Part shown: positions 8,282 to 17,879 of the stretch, piece by piece | Layout: the number at the start of each line of letters is the position of its first letter | How positions within the stretch are numbered: position 1 is the first letter of the stretch | Source: an uncultured Planctomycetota bacterium | Lineage (GTDB): Bacteria > Planctomycetota > Planctomycetia > Gemmatales > Gemmataceae | Length of the DNA: 64,000 nt | Direction: 5' to 3' | Assembly (NCBI GenBank): GCA_963849325.1 | Contig: CAWKHF010000006.1 | Location: 32,001 to 96,000 of the forward strand | The notes under the pieces: generated by a model | The model's input: the letters and a program-made list of their open reading frames with translations, nothing else | Databases searched by the model: none | Told to the model about the DNA's origin: nothing | Position numbers and translations under genes: made by a program

Positions 8282-10033
8282 TCACGGGCCCGCCGGGGCA
8301 TCCCCCATGTCCCGCCGAACCGCATCGGTTTGCGGCAACACCGTCCGCCGCTCCGCGAGCCATCGTCCGAACAGACCGGACTTCCCCAGGCTGACGAGCA
8401 CGGCCAGGGCGAACAGGGCCAGGCCCCAGGCGATCTGGTCCAGGCCCATGACGATCTGTCTCAGCCAGCCGTAGCCGCGTCCGCCGGCCACGGACAGCCA
8501 GCAGACCACGATCAGCGCGGCCGCCGCCACCGAGAAGCGTTGGCCGAGCAGTCGGCCGTATCCCGCCAGGAGAACGGCCAGGACCAGTGGATAAAGCGCC
8601 ATCACCCACGATGGCAGACTCGCCGGCCGATCCACTCCGTCAAAGATCACGGCCAGGCCGGCCAGCAGCACCAGGACGGAGCCGGCCAGGCGCAGCCAAC
8701 GGGCCAGCGTATCGTCGAAGGCGGCGCCAACGACGAGCAGGACGAACAGGGCCAGGTGGAAGAGGACCGGGTCGAGCAAGGCGACGGGGGCGGTTTCCTT
8801 CGGCACGGCCAGGGCCGCGATGCCGCCCAGTCCGCCGGCGAGGAGCCAGCGCCAGGACTGGCGGCGCCGCAGTCCCAGCTCCAGTTGCAAGACAGCGGCG
8901 GCCAACAGCGGCGTCGGGCGCGGGGAGACCAGTTCATGCCGATCCAGCGTATCCGGGCCGACGACGGCCAGTGCAATCAGCGCCGCCGTCAACGCCTCGG
9001 TGGCCAGTGACACGCGACGCAGCGCCGCGTACCCGTAGAACCCCGCCGACATCAGCAGCGTCACGGACAGCGGATCGTCCACTCGGGCGGCGAACAGCGC
9101 CAGGAATTGACGATAAATCGGATCGTCACGGTGTCCGACCACGGTCAGGACGATGAGGACGGCCGGGAGGACCAGCGCCGTCCCGAGCACACCGGGGCGG
9201 CGCACGACGAGACCGGCTTCCAGCAGGAGCACGGCGAGGGCCAGCCCAAAAGGCACCAGGAAGAAGGGACCAAAGACCAGGTAGTCGCGGTCGTCGGCGC
9301 TGAGCAGCTGCATCGACCAGCACAGCAGGAAGGACCGCGCCGGGACCGCCAGACCGAGCAGTCCAAACAGCACCCAGGGGTACAGCGGCCAGCGCCAGGG
9401 GCTGCCGTTGTCGCGGACGTAGTCGGGGCCGCGCCGGACGGCCGGCAACAGTGTCAGGAAAACGAGGCCGGCCAGCGGCGCGAAGGCGAATAGGCCCCAC
9501 ATCAACGCCTCGCTCCGCGGATCGGCCAGCAGGGGGCGCAGGGCCAGCGGGTAGAGGAAGAACAATCCGAGGACCAGGTAATACGGCCCGCGAAACCACG
9601 CCGGCAGTATAAGTCGAGTGCCACGCAACAATCCCTCACTCACCACGACCGTGAAAAAAAGACCCGTAAGATAGCAAATCAACCCTCGTTCCGGGTCGAG
9701 GACGAGCACCTCGTCGAACGTCACCGACGTGGCCAGAAACATCAGCACAACCAGGAGCAGCACGGTCCGCACGTCGTCCCAGACGTTGCCGAACCGCACC
9801 AGCAGGCAGGCGGTGATGGCCAACAGCAGGGTGTAGCCGGCCAGCCCGGACATCAGCGCCCAGGTATCCACTTCCCGCGACTGCGCCCCGAAGGACATCC
9901 ACAGGCCAATAAGGAAAAGGCCGGCGCTGAGGACGTAAAAGGGATTGCTGGTGCAGACCCAGCGGAGCAAACCTCGCCCGCCCCGAACCGAGGGCGGCGC
10001 GGACGTGACTCGGACATCGATGTGTGGCGTCAT
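8282..10033 (-). CDS. Polytopic membrane protein, unknown function
   Basis: About 580 aa with many hydrophobic segments; NPFYVLSA motif; start chosen at MTPHID. Confidence 0.75.
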   Translation of the reverse strand: MTPHIDVRVTSAPPSVRGGRGLLRWVCTSNPFYVLSAGLFLIGLWMSFGAQSREVDTWALMSGLAGYTLLLAITACLLVRFGNVWDDVRTVLLLVVLMFLATSVTFDEVLVLDPERGLICYLTGLFFTVVVSEGLLRGTRLILPAWFRGPYYLVLGLFFLYPLALRPLLADPRSEALMWGLFAFAPLAGLVFLTLLPAVRRGPDYVRDNGSPWRWPLYPWVLFGLLGLAVPARSFLLCWSMQLLSADDRDYLVFGPFFLVPFGLALAVLLLEAGLVVRRPGVLGTALVLPAVLIVLTVVGHRDDPIYRQFLALFAARVDDPLSVTLLMSAGFYGYAALRRVSLATEALTAALIALAVVGPDTLDRHELVSPRPTPLLAAAVLQLELGLRRRQSWRWLLAGGLGGIAALAVPKETAPVALLDPVLFHLALFVLLVVGAAFDDTLARWLRLAGSVLVLLAGLAVIFDGVDRPASLPSWVMALYPLVLAVLLAGYGRLLGQRFSVAAAALIVVCWLSVAGGRGYGWLRQIVMGLDQIAWGLALFALAVLVSLGKSGLFGRWLAERRTVLPQTDAVRRDMGDAPAGP

Positions 10034-10295
10034 GACAGGGGCCTCCGGACGTGATGGGATCGACCGCGGACCCCAGACCAGAGATGATGAGACCGACAAG
10101 GCTGAGGCCCGACCGTATCGGCATCATACCCCGCCTCGCCGGGCGAACGCAACATTTGACCCCCTTGCAATCCTGTCCTACAGTTCGACAGGAACAGACT
10201 GATTCGCAACCCCCTCCCTCCCCTCGTCCCGGCAGTCTGTGCTTTCGCCACAATCTCCCGTCGCTTGAAGAGACTCGTGGAGGAGCTTTTCTTTT

Positions 10296-12257
10296 ATGCG
10301 ACGCACCACCCTGTTCGCGGGGGTGCGGGCGCCGAGGGAGCTGCGCGCCCGCCGTTTTCGTCTCGGCCTGGAAATCCTGGAAGATCGCCTCCTGCCGTCG
10401 GGCAATCCGCTCGACGCCTTCGCCGGTTTCGCCAACCCCGGCGTCGAGCTGGCCTCCGCCGGCCTGATGTCGCCGGCGGGCGGTACGGGACAGCCCTACG
10501 GCTTCAGTCCCCAGCAGATCAGCCAGGCTTACGGTTTCAACCTCATCACCTTTAACAACGGCAGCGTCGCGGGCAACGGCGCCAGCCAAACCATCGCCAT
10601 CATCGACGCCTACAATCAGCCCAACATCGCCGGAGATTTGCAGGCGTTCGACTCCATGTACGGACTGCCGGCCCCGCCGAATTTTCGCGTGGTCAACCAG
10701 AACGGCGGCGGCCCTTTGCCCGCGACCGATACGGGTTGGGGTCTGGAGATCAGCCTCGACGTGGAATGGGCGCATGCCGTGGCGCCGCAGGCCAACATCC
10801 TGCTCGTCGAGGCCAACAGCAACAGCACGCCGGACCTGCTGGCGGCGGTCAACTATGCCCGCAATCAGCCGAACGTGTCGGTCGTGTCGATGAGCTGGGG
10901 CGGCGGCGAATGGAGCGACGAAGCCTCGTATGACAGCTATTTCACCACGCCGGCCGGACACACGGGTGTCACGTTCGTGGCCTCCAGCGGCGACAACGGC
11001 TCCGGCGGCGCACCGTTGTTTCCGTCGATCTCCACCAACGTCCTGGCCGTCGGCGGCACGCAGTTGAACACCGACAGCGCGGGCAATTACCAGGGCGAGT
11101 CGGCCTGGAGCGGCAGCGGCGGCGGCATCAGTGCCTACCAATCGCAGCCGGGCTACCAGCGCGGCGTGGTGACGCAAACCAGCAGTCGCCGCGCCGTGCC
11201 GGACGTCTCCTACGACGCCTCCACCAGCACGCCGTTCGCCGTCTACGATTCGTCGGGTTACAGCGGCTGGTTGGCGGTCGGCGGCACCAGTGCGGGAGCG
11301 CCGCAGTGGGCTGGCCTCCTGGCCATCGCCAATCAGGGCCGCGCCCTGGCCGGCGAGGGCACACTCGACGGCGCCACGCAAACCCTGCCGATGCTGTATC
11401 AGCTACCGCAGAGCGATTTCCACGACGTCCTCAGCGGCAGCAACGGTGGTTATTTGGCCGGCACCGGCTACGATCTCGTCACGGGCCGCGGTTCGCCGCT
11501 GGCGAACCTGGTGGTCTCCGGCCTGGTCGGCAGCACGTCCGCCAACCCGCCGTGGGTCGTCACGCCGGCCAGCGCCACGTCTAACTCGGTGACGGGCACC
11601 ACGACCGGCCTGAGCGTTCGCGGCAACGACGACGGCGGCGCCGGCAGCCTGACGTACACGTGGTCGGTCCTCAGTGGGCCGGCCGGCGCCGCGGCGCCGA
11701 CGTTCACTGTCAACGGTAGCAACGCGGCCCAGAACACGACGGCCCTCTTTTCGCAGGCCGGCACCTACACCTTCCAGGTTGCCATCCGCGATGCCGCCGG
11801 CCTGGCCGTCACCAGTGATGTCACGGTGACGGTGAACCAGACCTGGAGCAGCGTCCTCGTCACGCCCGGCAGCTCCAGCGTGAGTACGGGTGGCGTCGTG
11901 CAGCTCACGGCCCTCGCTCGCGATCAGTTCGGCAACGCCATGAGTCAGCAGCCGACGTGGACGTGGACGCTCTCCGGCCCCGGCTCCCTGTCCGGCAACG
12001 GCGTCTATGTCGCCCCGTCCGCCGGCAGCGGCAACGCCGTCGTGCAAGCCTCCGCCGCCGGTATGTCCGGCTCCGCATCGGTTTCGTTCGCGGCCCCGAC
12101 GCCGCCTCCTTCCAGCCCGCCCAGCCCGCCCAGTCCGCCGGTCGCGTCCAGTCCCTGGGCCGCCTGGCTGCGGCTCATCGACCAGTTCATCGCTCAGTTC
12201 TCGTACTTCCAATCCTTCTGGCAATCGCTGTTCGGCGGGCGGCCGAGTGCCGGCTAA
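10296..12257 (+). CDS. S53 (sedolisin/kumamolisin) peptidase with LEPRxLL-type N-terminus, PKD and Ig-like domains
   Basis: LEILEDRLLPS; catalytic motifs EISLDVE, SSGDNG, GGTSAGAP; GYDLVTGRGSP; C-terminal GTYTFQV (PKD-like). Confidence 0.9.
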   Translation: MRRTTLFAGVRAPRELRARRFRLGLEILEDRLLPSGNPLDAFAGFANPGVELASAGLMSPAGGTGQPYGFSPQQISQAYGFNLITFNNGSVAGNGASQTIAIIDAYNQPNIAGDLQAFDSMYGLPAPPNFRVVNQNGGGPLPATDTGWGLEISLDVEWAHAVAPQANILLVEANSNSTPDLLAAVNYARNQPNVSVVSMSWGGGEWSDEASYDSYFTTPAGHTGVTFVASSGDNGSGGAPLFPSISTNVLAVGGTQLNTDSAGNYQGESAWSGSGGGISAYQSQPGYQRGVVTQTSSRRAVPDVSYDASTSTPFAVYDSSGYSGWLAVGGTSAGAPQWAGLLAIANQGRALAGEGTLDGATQTLPMLYQLPQSDFHDVLSGSNGGYLAGTGYDLVTGRGSPLANLVVSGLVGSTSANPPWVVTPASATSNSVTGTTTGLSVRGNDDGGAGSLTYTWSVLSGPAGAAAPTFTVNGSNAAQNTTALFSQAGTYTFQVAIRDAAGLAVTSDVTVTVNQTWSSVLVTPGSSSVSTGGVVQLTALARDQFGNAMSQQPTWTWTLSGPGSLSGNGVYVAPSAGSGNAVVQASAAGMSGSASVSFAAPTPPPSSPPSPPSPPVASSPWAAWLRLIDQFIAQFSYFQSFWQSLFGGRPSAG

Positions 12258-12262
12258 AAAAA

Positions 12263-12355
12263 TGAACCACGGATAACACGGATAACACGGATAAAGACAA
12301 AAGGAAGAAAGTTTTCTTTGTCTTTATCCGTGTTATCCGTGTTATCCGTGGTTCA
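12263..12355. repeat. Inverted 9-mer array (CACGGATAA)3 ... (TTATCCGTG)3 forming a hairpin
   Basis: 39-bp arms at 12263-12301 and 12317-12355, just after the S53 stop codon. Confidence 0.9.
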
Positions 12356-12401
12356 ATTGCTTTCTTGAAACCGCAGGGGGAGCAAGCGGGTATTTTCTTT
12401 C

Positions 12402-13610
12402 ATGGCCGACCGCTTCGATGCTCTGCCCGTCCGCGATAACCCCGGCGTCATCCTGGAAGTATTGCCCGGCGACGACCGGCCGCCGCGATCCGGTGCTGCG
12501 TGTGCTGTTGTTCGGCTGGGAGTGGGTGCGAGCCGTTGGATCAATGCTGGAATGGCTGTTCGGCGTCGCGGTGCTGATGGTCGGTCTGGCGGCGCTCGCC
12601 GCCCTGCCGGTGCTGCAATTCCTCAGCCTGGGCTATCTGCTGGAAGCCGGCGCCCGGGTGGCACGGTGCGGACGCCTGCGCGACGGCTTCATCGGCGTGC
12701 GCCTGGCGGCCCGATTGGGGGGCGTCGTGCTGGGCATCTGGCTCATGCTGCTGCCGGTTCGCCTGGTCGCGGACACTGGCCCACTCGGCGCACGTCATCG
12801 ACCCCGGCGGCCGCGTGGCCGCCGGCTGGCGCATCGGCCTGCTCGTGCTCATCGGCTTGACGGCGTTCCACGTCGGCACCGCCTGCGCGCGGCGGCCGAC
12901 TGCGTTACTTTCTTCTGGCCGTTCAATTTCCTCTGGGTGCTGCGCCGCCTCGTTCGCGGCGGCTACTACGCCGAGGCACGCGATGCCGTCTGGGACGTCG
13001 CACGATCACTGCGTCTGCCGTACTATTTCTGGCTGGGCTTCCGCGGCTTCGTCGGCGCGCTGGCCTGGCTGGCCCTGCCGGTCACGCTGCTCGCCCTCGG
13101 CCAAGGCCGCTCTCCGTTCGCTTTCCTGATCGGCTTGCAGGGGCGCTGTTGCTGGCGCTCGTGCTGCTGTACCTGCCCTTCTTGCAGATGCGTCTGGCCG
13201 TCACCAATCGCCTGTCGGCGGTCTTCGAGTTCGGGGCGGTGCGCGAGGAGTTTCGCCGGGCGCCGTGGGCCTACGCCTTCGCCTTCCTGGCGACGCTGCT
13301 GTTCGCCCTGCCGCTGTACCTGCTCAAGATCGAGATGGTGCCGCGCGAGGCCGCCTGGCTGCCGAGCCTGGTGTTCATCCTCTTCATCTTCCCGGCGCGT
13401 CTGCTGACCGGCTGGGCCGTGTCGCGCGCTCGCCATCGTCGGACGCCGCGCCATTGGTTCTTCCGCTGGACCGGCCGTCTGCCGCTCGTCCCCGCGGCGC
13501 TGTTCTACGTGCTCATCGTCTTCTTCACGCAGTACACCAGCTGGAACGGCGTCTGGAGCCTGTACGAGCAGCACGCCTTCCTCGTGCCGGTGCCGTTCTT
13601 CGGGATGTGA
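12402..13610 (+). CDS. Membrane protein (several frameshifts)
   Basis: Pieces in ORFs 12402, 12418, 12815 and 13149 join into one hydrophobic protein (LQFLSLGYLLEA...LPLYLLKIE...YEQHAFLVPVPF). Confidence 0.7.
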
Positions 13611-13740
13611 TGCCACTCCGGGCACTTCTTCCCGGTCGGCGACGACTCGAAGAATGGATCGCCGGCAACCTGAAAAAGAGACCGCGCCGGGTCGAAATTT
13701 CCTTGACGGCTGCGCAAGGTTGCGGATAGATAAGGATAGC

Positions 13741-14020
13741 CGTGCTAGGTCGCGCACGCCCTTGCTAGATCGCGCAGACCCGTGCTAAATAGCTCCACAC
13801 AATAGCGAAAGTGGCTGAGGTCCAGCTTCGTTGACAATTAGCAGCTACCAAACGCAGGAAAATCCGGCATTTTTGCGGTTGAGCGCCGAACTTTCGGCGC
13901 TGATACTCAACAACACACTTTCGCTATTGTGTGGTTCTATTTAGGTTGCGCAGCAGCCGTGCTAGGTCGCGCAGACCCTTGCTAGATCGCACACGTGCGC
14001 GATATAATCAGATGTTCGGC
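13741..14020 (+). promoter_or_regulatory. Putative attI-like/Pc leader of the cassette array
   Basis: 20-bp direct repeats (C[G/T]TGCTAG[G/A]TCGCGCA...) at 13741 and 13958; 29-bp inverted repeat 13785-13813/13916-13944; TTGCTA-18-TATAAT (13979-14008) ending at core site GTTCGGC 14014-14020. Confidence 0.5.
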
Positions 14021-14220
14021 CCGGCAAGCCCGGCTCCCGGGGAGGCAAAAAGTGGCCGGAGGGGGTTGCGGTCAAGCCCCCGGCGCGATAAGGTGCTCGG
14101 TTGGAGGCGACTATGCCGAACCAGGGCGCATCACACCGCCTGTCCGAGTAGGTGATCGAGCAAGTTCCCCCGAACTCTCGGGTGAATCCCGGTTCAATCC
14201 TGTTAACAAGGGAGATAGAG

Positions 14221-14688
14221 ATGAAGACGCTAAAGGCAATCGCAGCACAGTTATTGCACCGCCAGGTTAAAGTAGAAAGAATCAAGTCAGAGATGGCCAA
14301 ATTTGATGGCTTGAAGAGTACAAAGGAACTAGTTGACCACATTAAGCCGGGAGATTTTGGGGATAATTTTCAATGGAAATCATGGAGTTGGGGTCGATTG
14401 ACTTCGGGTGACTGCGCTTGTGTAAATTTAGGACTTGTCATTAATAACGAAGGTAATTTCGGTTTTTCGTGTAACTTAATTTCAGGTGATCCTGGTGATG
14501 ACTCATGGGGCATTCTTCACTTTGATTTTTACGAAGATAACGGTGTATTGTTATGGACGTCAGGTCAATTTTGGAGTCCTACCATAAATAGTAGTGGCGG
14601 AGATGGAGATGAGTGGGCTTCCAGTAGTGGCTTCCCTCTGTATCTGTTTGATTATATAGCCTTCGTATCGGTGACTTATCACTGTTAA
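14221..14688 (+). CDS. Low-GC hypothetical cassette protein (possibly DUF6294-like)
   Basis: RBS AAGGGAG before ATG 14221; visibly AT-richer than the flanks; WSW..L.SGDC...DDSW...C-terminal HC resembles DUF6294 as recalled. Confidence 0.65.
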   Translation: MKTLKAIAAQLLHRQVKVERIKSEMAKFDGLKSTKELVDHIKPGDFGDNFQWKSWSWGRLTSGDCACVNLGLVINNEGNFGFSCNLISGDPGDDSWGILHFDFYEDNGVLLWTSGQFWSPTINSSGGDGDEWASSSGFPLYLFDYIAFVSVTYHC

Positions 14689-14892
14689 CAAGCGAGTCCC
14701 ACGAAAGTGCTATGCGGGGAGAGGAAGGTAACAGTTTACTTTTCTCCAATCAAACTCACCTCTTGCGTTGAAAATTTACTTGCCCGCTTGGCTCGACTCA
14801 GCCGGACGCAACCGCAGAGATGCAATGCGGTACCCTGGTGATTGCTCCCGGGCGGAGAAAAGGGGTCGGGAGTCGAATTAAGACTAAAACGA

Positions 14893-14988
14893 GCCGAATA
14901 ATCCTCTGCAGCGGACGCGGCGGCGATAACGATTATTCGAGGTATGTCGCCTTGCCCGCCGCCGCGCCGCTGAGCTATGACGTTCGCC
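14893..14988 (+). mobile_element. Integron attC site
   Basis: R'' GCCGAAT, L'' CTGCAGCGG-A-CGCGGCGGCG, L' side CGCCGCCGCG-CCGCTGAG, R' GTTCGCC. Pairing leaves the canonical two unpaired bases. Confidence 0.85.
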
Positions 14989-14991
14989 ACC

Positions 14992-15471
14992 ATGCCTGAG
15001 CGAGTCTACATCGAGACCACTTTTGTCAGCTACTTGACAGCACGGCCCAGCCGCGACGTGGTCATTGCCGGGCACCAGCAAATCACCCACGAATGGTGGG
15101 ATACTCGCAGGACGAACTACGAGCTTTGCGTATCGCAGCTCGTTCTCGACGAGGCAGGGGCTGGTGATGCGCAGGCTGCCCAAGAACGGTTTTTGGTGTT
15201 ACAGCCCATGCTGGTGCTCGAAATGACGACGGATGCGCTGGAGTTGGCGAAGGAATTGCTTCAAGCAGGAGCGTTGCCAGCGCAGGCGGCCGACGACGCA
15301 CTGCACATCGCGGTTGCGGCCACGAAGAGGGTGCCCTATCTGTTGACGTGGAATTGCCGCCACTTGGCTAATGCCGTGATGCGACCCGCGATCGAATCCG
15401 TTTGCACAGCCAAGGGATTCAAGGCCCCTATCATCTGTACGCCCGAAGAACTACTGGAGGCCAAACCATGA
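14992..15471 (+). CDS. PIN-domain (VapC-like) toxin, cassette-borne
   Basis: VYIETTFVSYL...SQLVLDEA...DALHIAVA...LLTWNCRHLAN; ATG lies 3 nt after the attC R' box. Confidence 0.88.
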   Translation: MPERVYIETTFVSYLTARPSRDVVIAGHQQITHEWWDTRRTNYELCVSQLVLDEAGAGDAQAAQERFLVLQPMLVLEMTTDALELAKELLQAGALPAQAADDALHIAVAATKRVPYLLTWNCRHLANAVMRPAIESVCTAKGFKAPIICTPEELLEAKP

Positions 15472-15710
15472 ACGATCCAATTGTCGATGAAGTTCGCCGG
15501 GTACGTGACGCGCACGCTGCTCGCTTCAACTATGATCCGGACGCCATTTTCCAGGACATCAAGGAGCGAGAAAAGAAGAGCGGCCTCCAGTTCGTTGGGG
15601 GCATCGCTCGTCAGCCTGTGCCGCCCCAGGCGCTGCAGCCGACCGAGGCCGCCACTTCGGTTCCTCCTGATTCAACGTCGCCGGAAGCGGCCCCGGCGGC
15701 TGAGCTTTAG
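15468..15710 (+). CDS. Small PIN-partner (putative antitoxin); C-terminus reads through attC
   Basis: MNDPIVDEVRRVRDAHAARFNYD; ATGA overlap with the PIN gene. Confidence 0.7.
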   Translation: MNDPIVDEVRRVRDAHAARFNYDPDAIFQDIKEREKKSGLQFVGGIARQPVPPQALQPTEAATSVPPDSTSPEAAPAAEL

Positions 15711-15718
15711 TGTTCGGC
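15620..15718 (+). mobile_element. Integron attC site (R'' degenerate)
   Basis: GCCGCCC-CAGGCG-CTGCAGCCG-A-CCGAGGCCGC ... GCGGCCCCGG-CGGCTGAG-CTTTAGT-GTTCGGC. Confidence 0.8.
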
Positions 15719-15815
15719 CGAGTCTCTTTTGGGTTCGCTTGTTGCTCGTCAGGGCGATGAACGTTAGGATTTTGGGTAGACGAAGTATGACCACTACCCC
15801 AAGGGGATTGGAACG

Positions 15816-16034
15816 ATGACGCAGTTACTGGAACAAGCCCTCACCGAAGTCAAGAAGCTTCCCGAACCGGAGCAAGACGCGATTGCGTCGCTGATTCTCG
15901 ATGAACTCTCCGACGAACGGCGTTGGCAGGAAAGCTTCACCCGTTCGCAGGACCAGTTGGCGCGCCTGGCCGCGAAAGTGCGCGAGGATATTCGAGCTGG
16001 TCGGGTCCGGAGCGGAGGCTTCGATCAGCTGTGA
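15816..16034 (+). CDS. Putative antitoxin
   Basis: MTQLLEQALTEVKKLPEPEQDAIASLIL...W..SF; GTGA overlap with the downstream toxin. Confidence 0.75.
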   Translation: MTQLLEQALTEVKKLPEPEQDAIASLILDELSDERRWQESFTRSQDQLARLAAKVREDIRAGRVRSGGFDQL

Positions 16035-16294
16035 ATTCGCAACTCACGTCCGACTTTTTGGCTTGCTTTGCCAAGTTGCCCGAGGCCGTCAAGGAGCAAG
16101 CCCGTCGGTGCTACCAGATGTGGCGCGACAACCCAGCCCATCCGAGCTTGCACTTCAAGCGGATTCACGGCCAGGAAGGACTGTATTCGGTTCGCGTCGG
16201 CTTGGGGTGGCGAGCCTTGGGTCTTGTGGAGGGCAACACGATCTCCTGGTTCTGGATCGGGTCGCATGCGGAGTACGATACGCTCATCAGTTGA
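16031..16294 (+). CDS. RelE/ParE-like toxin
   Basis: GTG start; F..LP..VKEQA...NPAHPSLHFK...YSVRVG..WRALG...WFWIGSHAEYD. Confidence 0.8.
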   Translation: MNSQLTSDFLACFAKLPEAVKEQARRCYQMWRDNPAHPSLHFKRIHGQEGLYSVRVGLGWRALGLVEGNTISWFWIGSHAEYDTLIS

Positions 16295-16301
16295 AGGCAA
16301 G

Positions 16302-16320
16302 GCCGAACCATTTGCTGCAG
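16302..16320 (+). mobile_element. Truncated attC (R'' and start of L'' only)
   Basis: GCCGAAC-CATTTG-CTGCAG followed by unrelated sequence; GGCCGAAC is the exact complement of the cassette's 5' GTTCGGCC at 15712. Confidence 0.7.
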
Positions 16321-16540
16321 ATGTAACGTCCCCTGTCAAGTCCCGTCCCCGTGAGGACGGTCGGTAAGAACGGTTCCGCACACCTTCACGGCGTGCAACC
16401 CGGACGGCTCCCGCCCGGTGGCGGGTTCACGACACCGATGATACTCATGCGGTCATGGTAGCAAAGGAGGGCAACCGTAAGGGAGCGGTTTTAGTGAGTT
16501 TTCCCCTCCCTTACGGTCGCGGCTCGGCTGGTCATTCGTC

Positions 16541-17815
16541 TCACACCTTCTCCGGCAACACAAACGGTGGCCGATACGTCCGGCCGAGCAGCTGGTTGGC
16601 CTCGGCGTCGCCGCGCAGCGTCTCCGTCGAGGCGTCGAAGGTCAGACGGCGGCCGACGCGGTAGGCGATGTTGCCCAGGTGACACAGGCGCGTGCTCTTG
16701 TGCCCCTCCTCGATGTCGGCGTTGGGCCGTTTGTGACTGCGAATGCAGTCGAGGAAGTTGCGCAGGTGCGGCGCCTCGATCTCCGATGCCTTGTCCGACG
16801 CCTCGACGCCGTCCTGGACGTGCCAGCCTTTTTTATCGAAGACGAGCGTGCCCTTCTCGCCGTACAGGATGACGCCGGACGGCTCACCCTCGGCGCCGGT
16901 CTTCGACCAGATGCGATGCTCCCATACGACGGTCGTGCCGGGGAAGTCGAAGACGGCGACCTGCGTGTCGGGCGTCTGCTGATCGTCGTCGTAGAAGAGC
17001 TTGCCGCCGCCGCACGAGATGGCTCGCGGCGCGTCCAGGCCGAGCACCATGCGAGCCACGTCGAGCATGTGAATGCCGTTGTTGCCCAGCTCGCCGGTGC
17101 CGTAGTCCCAGTTCCAGTGCCAGTTGTAATGGAAGCGATTGGGGTTGAACGGCCGCTTCGGCGCCGGCCCGAGCCAGAGGTCGTAATCGACGCCGGCCGG
17201 CACGGCAGCGTCGGCCTTGTGGCCGATGGTCTTGCGATGGCCGGCGATCCAGGTGCGGACGAACGGCACCTTGCCGAGCTTGCCGGAGCGCACGAACTCG
17301 GCGGCGCTTTGGAAGTGCGCGCCGCTGCGCCGCTGCGTGCCGACCTGCACGACGCGGTCGTACTTGCGAGCGGCCTCGACCATGCGGCGGCCCTCGATCA
17401 GGTTGTGCGAGACCGGCTTCTCGACGTAGACGTGCTTGCCGGCCTGGCAGGCCCAGATGGTCGCCAGGGCGTGCCAGTGGTCCGGCGTGGCGATGGCGAC
17501 GGCGTGGATGTCGCGGTCGTCGAAGATGCGGCGGAGGTCTTGCACGACCTTCGGTGTCCGTTTTTGCTTGGAGCTGACGACCTTCAGGGCACGGTTCGCC
17601 GCGTTCTCGTCGGGATCGCAGAGGGCGGCGATCTCGACATCATCGCGGGACGAGAAGCCTTGCAGCAGACCGCGACCGCGGCCGTTGACGCCGAGGACGG
17701 CCATGACGATCTTCTCGTTGGGCTTGTCGGCGGCGCCGGCGGCGGTGACGGCCGACAGGGCGGCCACGGAGGCGGCGGAGGTTTGCAGGAAGCGACGGCG
17801 GTTGAGTGCGGACAT
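16541..17815 (-). CDS. Gfo/Idh/MocA oxidoreductase with Tat signal
   Basis: NRRRFL, GVNGRG, ATPDHWH, VYVEKP, QVGTQRRS, DYDLWLGPAP. Confidence 0.92.
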   Translation of the reverse strand: MSALNRRRFLQTSAASVAALSAVTAAGAADKPNEKIVMAVLGVNGRGRGLLQGFSSRDDVEIAALCDPDENAANRALKVVSSKQKRTPKVVQDLRRIFDDRDIHAVAIATPDHWHALATIWACQAGKHVYVEKPVSHNLIEGRRMVEAARKYDRVVQVGTQRRSGAHFQSAAEFVRSGKLGKVPFVRTWIAGHRKTIGHKADAAVPAGVDYDLWLGPAPKRPFNPNRFHYNWHWNWDYGTGELGNNGIHMLDVARMVLGLDAPRAISCGGGKLFYDDDQQTPDTQVAVFDFPGTTVVWEHRIWSKTGAEGEPSGVILYGEKGTLVFDKKGWHVQDGVEASDKASEIEAPHLRNFLDCIRSHKRPNADIEEGHKSTRLCHLGNIAYRVGRRLTFDASTETLRGDAEANQLLGRTYRPPFVLPEKV

Positions 17816-17879
17816 GGTTGGTCTCCGGTTGCGAGGCGGAAGGCGTGATGCAGCGAGTTTATCCCCTTGGCCGCCGCTG

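Noticed and set aside
13741-14000. CRISPR array from the 20-bp repeats
   Set aside because: Units are directly tandem with no unique spacers, and there are no cas genes.
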